Source: an uncultured Flavobacteriaceae bacterium
GTDB lineage: Bacteria > Bacteroidota > Bacteroidia > Flavobacteriales > Flavobacteriaceae
Length of the DNA: 64,000 nucleotides
Assembly: GCA_965652205.1 (NCBI GenBank)
Contig: CBFGUI010000003.1
Location: 12,589 to 76,588, forward strand
Direction of reading: 5' to 3'
Under the pieces are notes generated by a model. That model ran no database searches. It was not told the origin of the DNA and saw nothing but the letters and a program-made list of their open reading frames with translations. Each line of letters opens with the position of its first letter. The stretch's first letter is position 1. Shown piece by piece: positions 56,411-64,000 of this stretch. The position numbers and the translations under genes were made by a program.

Positions 56411-58612
56411 ATGAGCTTAACGAATACGGATTTGCATTCCTCTCTTAAAAAATATTTTGGTTTTTCTAAATTCAAGGGACTTCAGGAAATTGTTATCAAG
56501 AATATCATGGAGGACAAGGACACCTTTGTGATCATGCCCACCGGAGGTGGGAAATCCCTATGCTACCAATTGCCCGCCCTTGTCAAGGAGGGGACCGCCA
56601 TAGTGATATCCCCCCTGATCGCCCTGATGAAGAACCAGGTGGACGCCATACGGGGAATATCGGAACAGAACGGGATTGCCCATGTCCTGAATTCCTCCCT
56701 GACCAAGTCGGAAGTGAGACAGGTCAAAGAAGATATTTCCAATGGGGTGACCAAACTCCTGTACGTCGCCCCCGAATCCCTGACCAAGGAAGACAATATC
56801 GAGTTCCTGAGAAAGGTCACCCTATCCTTTGTGGCGGTGGACGAGGCCCACTGCATATCGGAATGGGGCCATGATTTCAGGCCGGAGTACCGCAACATCA
56901 AAGGAATCATCAACCGTTTGGGGGAGGGAATCCCGATAATCGGCCTTACCGCCACGGCGACCCCAAAGGTACAGGAGGACATCATCAAAAACCTGGGGAT
57001 GGTCGATGCCAAGGTCTTCAAGGCCTCTTTCAACAGGCCCAACCTCTTTTATGAGGTCAGGCCCAAGACCCAGAATGTGGATGCGGACATCATCCGTTTT
57101 GTAAAACAGCATCGGGGAAAGTCCGGCATCATCTATTGTCTCAGCCGAAAAAAGGTGGAGGAACTGGCACAGGTCCTTCAGGTCAACGAAATCAGTGCGG
57201 TGCCCTACCACGCGGGCTTTGATGCCAAGACCCGTTCCAAATACCAGGACATGTTCCTGATGGAGGATGTGGACGTGGTGGTGGCCACCATAGCCTTTGG
57301 TATGGGAATCGACAAGCCCGATGTGCGTTTTGTGATCCACCACGACATTCCCAAGAGCATTGAGAGCTACTATCAGGAAACGGGCCGTGCGGGCCGGGAT
57401 GGGGGAGAAGGGCATTGTCTGGCCTTCTACGCCTATAAGGACGTTGAAAAACTTGAAAAGTTCATGTCCGGCAAGCCCGTGGCCGAACAGGAGATAGGAA
57501 GCGCCCTGCTGCAGGAGATCGTGGCCTATGCGGAAACTTCCATGTCCCGCAGAAAATTCATACTCCATTATTTTGGGGAGGAATTCGATGAGGTCAACGG
57601 GAAGGGGGCCGATATGGATGACAATGCCAGAAACCCAAAGCCCAAGGAAGAGGCCAGGGACGAGGTCGTGAAGCTCTTGGGCATTGTCAGGGACACTAAG
57701 GAGAAATTCAAGTCCAAGGAAATCGTGAGGGTATTGGTCGGGAAGACCAATGCCATGATCAGCTCCCACAGGACCGAAGAAAAGCCGTTCTTCGGCACGG
57801 GCAAGGACAAGGACAAGGCCTATTGGATGGCCTTGGTGAGACAGGTGCTGGTGGCCGGATTGTTGCGCAAGGAAATAGAACGGTACGGAATCCTGCACCT
57901 GACCGAAGCGGGGCGCAGCTTTCTTGAAAAACCGGAATCCTTTATGATGACCAAGGACCATACCTATACGGAAGAAGGTATGGATGCCGGGACCACAGCT
58001 TCCAAAATGGGGGCAGCGGTCCTGGACGGGACCCTCTTGAAATTGCTCAGGGACCTACGGAAAAAGGAAGCCGCCAAGCGGGAAGTGCCTCCCTTTGTGG
58101 TCTTTCAGGACCCTTCCCTGGAGGATATGGCCCTGAAATACCCCATCAATATGGAGGAGCTTCTCAACATTCAGGGAGTGGGTGAGGGCAAGGCCCGAAA
58201 GTATGGAAAACCCTTCCTGGAACTCATCGACAAATACGTGGAGGAGAACGAAATAATAAGGCCGGACGACCTGGTGGTCAAGAGTACCGGCGCCAATTCA
58301 GGCCTTAAACTCTATGTCATCCAAAGCATAGACCGAAAATTGCCCCTGGACGACATTGCATCGGCAAAGGGCCTGGAACTCCCCGAACTGATCAAGGAAA
58401 TGGAACAGATCGTGTTCAGTGGCACAAGATTGAACATCGGTTATTGGATCGACGAAATCTTGGACGAGGACCAACAGGAAGAAATCCACGAATACTTCCT
58501 GGATGCGGATACCGACTCCATCTCCCAGGCCATCGAGGAATTCGATGGGGACTATGAAGACGAGGAACTCAGATTGTACCGCCTGAAATTTATAAGTGAG
58601 GTAGCGAATTAA
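56411..58612 (+). CDS. recQ: ATP-dependent DNA helicase RecQ
   Basis: MPTGGGKSLCYQLP, VDEAHCISEWGHDFRP, QETGRAGRDG, RQC and HRDC domains. Confidence 0.98.
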   Translation: MSLTNTDLHSSLKKYFGFSKFKGLQEIVIKNIMEDKDTFVIMPTGGGKSLCYQLPALVKEGTAIVISPLIALMKNQVDAIRGISEQNGIAHVLNSSLTKSEVRQVKEDISNGVTKLLYVAPESLTKEDNIEFLRKVTLSFVAVDEAHCISEWGHDFRPEYRNIKGIINRLGEGIPIIGLTATATPKVQEDIIKNLGMVDAKVFKASFNRPNLFYEVRPKTQNVDADIIRFVKQHRGKSGIIYCLSRKKVEELAQVLQVNEISAVPYHAGFDAKTRSKYQDMFLMEDVDVVVATIAFGMGIDKPDVRFVIHHDIPKSIESYYQETGRAGRDGGEGHCLAFYAYKDVEKLEKFMSGKPVAEQEIGSALLQEIVAYAETSMSRRKFILHYFGEEFDEVNGKGADMDDNARNPKPKEEARDEVVKLLGIVRDTKEKFKSKEIVRVLVGKTNAMISSHRTEEKPFFGTGKDKDKAYWMALVRQVLVAGLLRKEIERYGILHLTEAGRSFLEKPESFMMTKDHTYTEEGMDAGTTASKMGAAVLDGTLLKLLRDLRKKEAAKREVPPFVVFQDPSLEDMALKYPINMEELLNIQGVGEGKARKYGKPFLELIDKYVEENEIIRPDDLVVKSTGANSGLKLYVIQSIDRKLPLDDIASAKGLELPELIKEMEQIVFSGTRLNIGYWIDEILDEDQQEEIHEYFLDADTDSISQAIEEFDGDYEDEELRLYRLKFISEVAN

Positions 58613-58929
58613 AATCCGCTGCCCCACTCATTTCCGGTACTGGCCGTTATCATGGCCACGATAAAACCAAAATAGATGATCACGAGCACCAGGATGATCA
58701 GCGAGAGGAACAAACCGATATAGGACAATATCCTTCCGGTGTTCACCAGGCTGTAATCGGTATATTCCTCGGGGTTCTCCCGATACACCCTGCTTGAGGT
58801 CTTGGCCTGTATCAGGCCAATGATGCTGAATATGGCACCGAAGGGGCCACAGCAGAACAGGGTGCCGACTATGGAAAGGATTCCCATGACCAGCACGGTG
58901 TTCGCTCCAGGTAATGGTTTTAGGCCCAT
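58609..58929 (-). CDS. CCC-motif (DUF4190-like) membrane protein, copy 1
   Basis: LPGANTVLVMGILSI...FCCGP and YSLVNTGRILSYIG; two TM helices. Confidence 0.85.
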   Translation of the reverse strand: MGLKPLPGANTVLVMGILSIVGTLFCCGPFGAIFSIIGLIQAKTSSRVYRENPEEYTDYSLVNTGRILSYIGLFLSLIILVLVIIYFGFIVAMITASTGNEWGSGF

Positions 58930-58935
58930 GACAGT

Positions 58936-59262
58936 TTATTGTTGGAATTGTTCTGTCATCTCATTGACCTTTTCCATATAAGCATCCCAGCCTCCCAATT
59001 GGCTGATGGACCACGAGGTATAAAGAAAGTAGAGTACCCCCAGGACCATGGCGACGATCGCCAGTATTCTCACGGTCTTCAGGGTATTGTAGTTTCTGTA
59101 TTGCTCCGGATTTTCCATATAGGTCTTTTTGTCCTTGTTGACCAAATAGAAGGCGATTCCCCCGAAGAGCAATCCCGGTACCCCGCCGAAACAACAGCAG
59201 AGAAAGCCCAGTATCGAAAGGACCAGGGCAATGGTCACATTGGGTAGATTCTTTTGTTCCAT
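58936..59262 (-). CDS. CCC-motif (DUF4190-like) membrane protein, copy 2
   Basis: LPNVTIALVLSILGFLCCC and Y.ENPEQY..Y; two TM helices. Confidence 0.85.
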   Translation of the reverse strand: MEQKNLPNVTIALVLSILGFLCCCFGGVPGLLFGGIAFYLVNKDKKTYMENPEQYRNYNTLKTVRILAIVAMVLGVLYFLYTSWSISQLGGWDAYMEKVNEMTEQFQQ

Positions 59263-59273
59263 ATTCCAAAAAT

Positions 59274-59582
59274 TTAGTGGGTTAATTTATAAATGAAGTT
59301 TATCAGTATCAGTGCCACACTGGCTATGGCCAGTACAATGATGAACCTATCGTCGATTTTCAGTTGGAACACCTTGCTGCAAAGAACCAGGACAAAAAGG
59401 GGGATCAGGGTAAATATGGCCGGGAACATTTGGAAGGCCGCCAAAAATTCCCCCTGCAACAATAGGCCCACAGATCGTTGAAGGCCACAGCCCGGACAGT
59501 CCACCCCAAGGAATTTTTTGTTGAGGCAAGGAAGCATATAATCCTCCAGACCGGACAGATATAGTGACTGTTTTATGATCAT
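59274..59582 (-). CDS. DUF2752-domain membrane protein
   Basis: MLPCLNKKFLGVDCPGCGLQRS motif. Only the 3' part of the 59274..59981 track ORF is real; the rest shadows the Smr gene. Confidence 0.85.
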   Translation of the reverse strand: MIIKQSLYLSGLEDYMLPCLNKKFLGVDCPGCGLQRSVGLLLQGEFLAAFQMFPAIFTLIPLFVLVLCSKVFQLKIDDRFIIVLAIASVALILINFIYKLTH

Positions 59583-59664
59583 CGTGCGCTGTGACTGCCG
59601 AAAAATACTATTATTTTTGCGTATTGGGATTATCTTTTCCATCATTTTTTTAACAGCAGCGGCC

Positions 59665-60207
59665 ATGGACAATTTTAGGATAGGGGAACGGGTGGAAGTA
59701 TTGGACGAGACCATTTCCGGGTTGGTCCAAAAGGTGGAAGGAGATCGGATCACCCTGATCACGGACCAGGGCTTCCCCATGCAATACCACGCCAGGGAAC
59801 TCATAAGGATGGGCGGGAGCATTTCCGTATCCAACCGGCAGGTGGGCCAGGTCAAGAAGGAAAAGGAAGGTCTCCGAAGGAAAACGCCCCCGAGGGTGAA
59901 ACCCAAGCAGCGACAGGCGCCTAAAATGGAAGTGGACCTACATATCGGCCAATTGCTGCCCTCGACCAAGGGCATGGGCAATCACGACATACTGAACGTC
60001 CAATTGGAAACGGCAAAAAGGCAGTTGGAGTTCGCCATGGCGAACAGGATCCAAAAAGTGGTGTTCATCCACGGGGTCGGGGAAGGGATCCTAAAGGAAG
60101 AACTGCACTACCTCTTTGGCAGATACGACAACCTGGAACACTACGATGCCGATTACCAAAAATATGGTTTGGGGGCCACTGAGGTTTACATCTTCCAAAA
60201 TCCCTGA
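59665..60207 (+). CDS. Smr/MutS2 C-terminal domain protein
   Basis: EVDLHI and VFIHGVGEGILK Smr motifs, N-terminal SH3/KOW-like segment. Start at ATG 59665. Confidence 0.9.
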   Translation: MDNFRIGERVEVLDETISGLVQKVEGDRITLITDQGFPMQYHARELIRMGGSISVSNRQVGQVKKEKEGLRRKTPPRVKPKQRQAPKMEVDLHIGQLLPSTKGMGNHDILNVQLETAKRQLEFAMANRIQKVVFIHGVGEGILKEELHYLFGRYDNLEHYDADYQKYGLGATEVYIFQNP

Positions 60208-60209
60208 CC

Positions 60210-60722
60210 TTAGGGTATGGCCGTGTTGACCGCCCCGAATTCGTCTATGTTCATATTGGTGATGCGTTCCCCTTTCCCGGTCACAAAGGAAATCCCACTC
60301 AGTCTGATGTTGTGGACAAAGTTGACGCTGTCCAGGGCCATGGTCTCAATGAGGACCATCCCGCCCTGGGCCTCCACCTCATCGAGGACCTTGGGATCCA
60401 CCGTCGGAATGTCGTCGCAGAAGTAATTCTTGGAGACATTGCCCGAGAAGATCCGATAGGTCAGTTGGGACTGTCCCGGTACACTGCTTTCGGTAATTAT
60501 GGTGTCCCCGATGACCCCTCGGTTCAGGACCCCGCTCTGGAGTTCCAGGATCAAGGACTCGGTCTGGTTTATCTTGAAAAGTATGTTCTTGGCATTGGTC
60601 CGTGGAGCGGTACAGAACTGTAGGGAGACACTGTCAAAATTGATGGTCTCGATCTCCAGGTCATTATCGCCACAGGACAAAATCAGCCCGGTACAAATCA
60701 TCAAAAAGAAAGTTCTTCGCAT
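60210..60722 (-). CDS. Conserved hypothetical lipoprotein
   Basis: Lipobox LILSC followed by an acidic DNDLEIE segment. Confidence 0.8.
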   Translation of the reverse strand: MRRTFFLMICTGLILSCGDNDLEIETINFDSVSLQFCTAPRTNAKNILFKINQTESLILELQSGVLNRGVIGDTIITESSVPGQSQLTYRIFSGNVSKNYFCDDIPTVDPKVLDEVEAQGGMVLIETMALDSVNFVHNIRLSGISFVTGKGERITNMNIDEFGAVNTAIP

Positions 60723-60830
60723 GCGCCAAATTTAAGGCAATTCCATTTTAATCCACACATGTGAAGGTCCACTTTAAAAGAAATTAACTTTATTTCCCGT
60801 AATTTTGACCTCCTTAAATCAGAAAGCAGC

Positions 60831-61979
60831 ATGCAAAAAGTGTATTTGGACAATGCGGCCACCACCCAGGTCCGGGAAGAAGTGATCAAAAGGATGCAAG
60901 AGGCCCTGGCCCAACATTACGGCAATCCTTCCTCGACCCACAGTTTTGGAAGAACGGCCAAGACCATGGTGGAGCAGGCCAGAAAGAACATTGCCAAAAT
61001 ATTGAATGCGCAGGCTTCGGAAATAATCTTTACCTCGGGGGGCACCGAGGGCAACAATATGATCCTGCGCTCGGCGGTCAGGGACCTGGGGGTCGAAACC
61101 CTGATCACCTCCAAAATCGAACATCACGCCGTTTTGCACACGGTGGAGGAATTGGAACGGGAGTACGGCACAGCGGTCCATTATGTGGAACTCGACGCCC
61201 ATGGGAATCCTAAAATGGACCATTTGGAGGAATTGCTCCAAAGGGACGGTTCCAAAAAATTGGTCTCCCTGATGCACGTGAACAACGAAATCGGCAATTT
61301 GACCGATACGGCCGCGGTGTCCCGGCTCTGCAAGGAACACGGCGCACTCTTCCATTCGGATACCGTGCAGTCCATAGGACATTTTCCCTGCGATGTACAA
61401 CAATTGCCCGTTGATTTCATGACGGCCGCTGCCCATAAGTTCCATGGCCCCAAGGGGATCGGCTTTGTCTATATCCGCAAAAACTCAGGGCTCAAGCCCT
61501 TGATTCTCGGGGGCTCCCAAGAAAGGGGCCTGAGGGCCGGCACCGAGTCCTTCCACAATATTGTGGGACTGGAGGAGGCCCTTGTCCAAGCCTATGAACA
61601 TTTGGAAGGGGAGACCCGGATCCTTGAGGGGCTCAAAACCTATTTTGTTGAAACCCTGGCCCGGGAAATTCCCGATGTGGCCTTCAACGGCCATTCGGGG
61701 GACCTGGACAAAAGCACCCCCACCCTGGTAAATGTACGCCTTCCCCTGGATCCCCAAAAGGCATTGATGCTGTTGTTCCATCTGGACATGAAGGGAATCG
61801 CCTGCTCCAAGGGAAGCGCATGCCAGTCCGGAAGCGATCGGGGCTCCCATGTCCTGGAGGAGATCCTCCCCAAAGGGGAACTGGAAAAACCTTCCCTGAG
61901 ATTCTCCTTCTCAAGTTACAATACCAAGGAGGAGCTGGATTATGTGGTAGAGGTCCTCAAGGAATACATTGGGGCCTGA
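60831..61979 (+). CDS. Cysteine desulfurase (IscS/NifS-like)
   Basis: YLDNAATT, GNPSS, FTSGGTE, AAHKFHGPKG, RAGTE, SKGSACQSG. Confidence 0.95.
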   Translation: MQKVYLDNAATTQVREEVIKRMQEALAQHYGNPSSTHSFGRTAKTMVEQARKNIAKILNAQASEIIFTSGGTEGNNMILRSAVRDLGVETLITSKIEHHAVLHTVEELEREYGTAVHYVELDAHGNPKMDHLEELLQRDGSKKLVSLMHVNNEIGNLTDTAAVSRLCKEHGALFHSDTVQSIGHFPCDVQQLPVDFMTAAAHKFHGPKGIGFVYIRKNSGLKPLILGGSQERGLRAGTESFHNIVGLEEALVQAYEHLEGETRILEGLKTYFVETLAREIPDVAFNGHSGDLDKSTPTLVNVRLPLDPQKALMLLFHLDMKGIACSKGSACQSGSDRGSHVLEEILPKGELEKPSLRFSFSSYNTKEELDYVVEVLKEYIGA

Positions 61980-62627
61980 TCAATCCCTGTTCCTTCTTTT
62001 TCGCTCCTTGTCGTAGGGAAACTTTCTGGAGGCGGTCCGCATCATCCGATCGATGAGCTCGGTGGTGTTCTTTCCGGTTCTTTTGCTGATTTCATTTTCG
62101 TATTTCCAAAGCAGTTTCCCGGTCTTTCCGTCACTGATCTTCAGGCCGATTCTTCCGTAATCCGCATTTCCACTGAAATAGTCCAGCAGGTTGAAATCGG
62201 TGGGCACCCCTTCGGAGAGGAGGATGTTCAGGTTCAGGGTGCCACTGATCAGTCCGTCCACTTCAAGGATCTCACAGAGCTCCTGGGTGGTAAAGGTGTC
62301 GATATTGCCGTAGTCGATCCCATTGCGGGCCAGGATGGCATTGGTATTCCTTATGTTCTGGAACTCCACATCGATTCCCTTGCGCTCCTTCCGTTTGGAA
62401 AAATAGGTTTCCAGGGCATTTTGAACCGCCTGTCCCTCCTTTTTGGCCAGGACTTTCAAGTCATCCCGGTCCACTTCCTTTTTGAGTTCCAAATGGGCGA
62501 TAAAGGGGACTATGGCCAGGATTTCGTGTTCCTTGGCAAATTCATCAAAGTTTTTGTTCTCAAAAATGTTCTTTTGGGAAAAGGCCACTGTGGTGAAAAG
62601 AACAAATATGAAGGCAATTTTTCTCAT
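61980..62627 (-). CDS. Secreted hypothetical protein
   Basis: Signal peptide (AFS|Q), LAIVPF...LEVDGLISG...LLWKY alpha/beta pattern. Confidence 0.75.
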   Translation of the reverse strand: MRKIAFIFVLFTTVAFSQKNIFENKNFDEFAKEHEILAIVPFIAHLELKKEVDRDDLKVLAKKEGQAVQNALETYFSKRKERKGIDVEFQNIRNTNAILARNGIDYGNIDTFTTQELCEILEVDGLISGTLNLNILLSEGVPTDFNLLDYFSGNADYGRIGLKISDGKTGKLLWKYENEISKRTGKNTTELIDRMMRTASRKFPYDKERKRRNRD

Positions 62628-62700
62628 GGATCTTCCTTTTGGGAGGGCGGTTTCCCACTGGGATGTTCCGCCCCTTGTTCCCGAAGCTGCAAAAATAGGG

Positions 62701-64000
62701 CTATTTCCTAAAAAAAGTCAGCTCGTACCGACTGGAATTGCCCACATTGTCCGTTACGGTGACCTCTAGGTCACATTGGGTCGCATTTTGGATCTTGTCG
62801 TCAAAATTGTAGGTGATCGTATTGGTCTTGGGCTCGTATTCCATCAAGATCCATTCCCCGTTCAAGGTGGCCCTGTAATCGGCTATCCCACTTAGGTCGT
62901 CCGCAATGGTCAGGCTCAGAAAACTGAAATTGTTCAACACTTGGCCTTCCTTGAAATTTTTAGGGACGATCGTGGGGGCGATGCTGTCCCGGAGCAGGGT
63001 GAAGTTGCCCAAGGTCCGCGTACGGGTGGTATGGGCACCGTTCCGCTTGTAGGTTTTCAAGTGGGTGGGCCTTGAGTTTGCATCCAAACGGGCAATGAAC
63101 AATTGCTTTCGCTGGGATTCCGGGTAGTTTGAGGGATCGAAGCCGATCGTAAAGTTCCGATGGGCCGCGACACTGTCGTCGTGAATGCCCACGGTATCCT
63201 TCCCTTTTTGCAGGCGGATGTGGAAATCCTCGTAAAAGGTATTGGCCGGAAAGTAGACCTTTGCCACACCGAGATCGAAACTGTTGGGTCTGTCGGCCAG
63301 GACCAAATCCGGGGTTTCCCCTCTGTCGCGGTGTTTGGTAGGGACTTCCCTTTTGCCCTCGACCGGGATCAGGAGCCTAGTTTCGTTCCCGGCAAAATCG
63401 GATAGCACGATCTCTACGTCATAGGAATGGCCCTCGACCACTTCGATCTTGCCGTTATTGTGGAGTTCCTTATAGATGTCCAGATGGTTGTAGGGCTCCT
63501 TGAAGCATTTTTGGATCCTTTGCCCTCGTTCATGCAAATATTCGTAGTCGATAAAGGTGTTGATATAGCGGGTCTGGGCAAAGGAGAAACTTTCAAAGTC
63601 AAATTCCGATTGGACCCTCCCGTTGACCGTTTGCCTGACCCGGTACAGCCCGTTGCGGTTGGCCGCCATATCCAGGCGATCAAATCCGTTGATCCCAAAA
63701 CCTATGGTGCCGATGGCATTGATCTTGTCGGCCAAAAAGGAACCATCGGCTTGTTTGGTAAAATTCAAGGGCATCATCACTTCACTGCGGTCGATCACCG
63801 CACCTTCGGAAAGGGGATATCCAAAGAGGCCCAACAGGGTGGGATTGGTGGCATCCCTTACCTTGTAGCCGTAGAGCAGGGGATTGGTCGGCCTTTCGGT
63901 CAGGCTGCTTCGGATCTCAAAGTGCAGGTGGGGGCCGCTGGATCCCCCGGTGTTCCCGGAGTAGGCGATCAATGAACCCTTGGGCACCTTAAGTTCCCCA
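62701..64000 (-). CDS. M23 family metallopeptidase, 3' part (start outside window)
   Basis: SGNTGGSSGPHLHFEIR HxH motif and long Bacteroidota C-terminal extension. Confidence 0.9.
   Translation of the reverse strand, partial: GELKVPKGSLIAYSGNTGGSSGPHLHFEIRSSLTERPTNPLLYGYKVRDATNPTLLGLFGYPLSEGAVIDRSEVMMPLNFTKQADGSFLADKINAIGTIGFGINGFDRLDMAANRNGLYRVRQTVNGRVQSEFDFESFSFAQTRYINTFIDYEYLHERGQRIQKCFKEPYNHLDIYKELHNNGKIEVVEGHSYDVEIVLSDFAGNETRLLIPVEGKREVPTKHRDRGETPDLVLADRPNSFDLGVAKVYFPANTFYEDFHIRLQKGKDTVGIHDDSVAAHRNFTIGFDPSNYPESQRKQLFIARLDANSRPTHLKTYKRNGAHTTRTRTLGNFTLLRDSIAPTIVPKNFKEGQVLNNFSFLSLTIADDLSGIADYRATLNGEWILMEYEPKTNTITYNFDDKIQNATQCDLEVTVTDNVGNSSRYELTFFRK

Noticed and set aside
1-64000. tRNA, rRNA, CRISPR array, integrase or prophage genes
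   Set aside because: I read the intergenic gaps and found no cloverleaf (GGTTCGA T-loop context), rRNA or repeat-spacer pattern; no phage or integrase motifs in the ORFs.

Overview
A 64-kb stretch of mostly core chromosome from a Flavobacteriaceae (Bacteroidota) genome. The basis is the pepT-pyrD, guaB, lysA, sucC, uvrB, dapD-ruvX-def, secA, kpsF-tatC-lptB and recQ gene content, repeated TAnnTTTG -7 promoter boxes, and GC above 50% by eye in host genes. About 70 CDSs are supported; I found no rRNA, tRNA or CRISPR array. The one clear mobile element is an AT-rich IS200/IS605 (IS605-type, divergent tnpA/tnpB) insertion at about 42284-43939, between the secA terminator and an orphan histidine kinase gene. 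Its TnpB keeps all three RuvC catalytic residues and a complete right end / omegaRNA. Its left-end hairpin and the TnpA C-terminus carrying the catalytic Tyr appear to have been removed by one microhomology deletion, so the element looks stranded. Cleavage-site/guide pairing predicts a TTAT TAM and a nearly self-complementary guide. The best candidate for undescribed biology is the hypothetical protein at 15240-16310, which carries a complete, correctly ordered set of PI3K/PI4K/HipA-like atypical kinase motifs. Other leads are a sigma54-like box plus palindromes upstream of hsp20, an ECF sigma/anti-sigma operon with a likely autoregulatory promoter, a low-GC glycosyltransferase-like gene, tandem Cys-cluster membrane proteins with DUF2752, a SecA lacking the Zn-binding tail, and several small proteins. 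All homology calls come from motif recognition by eye, not database searches.
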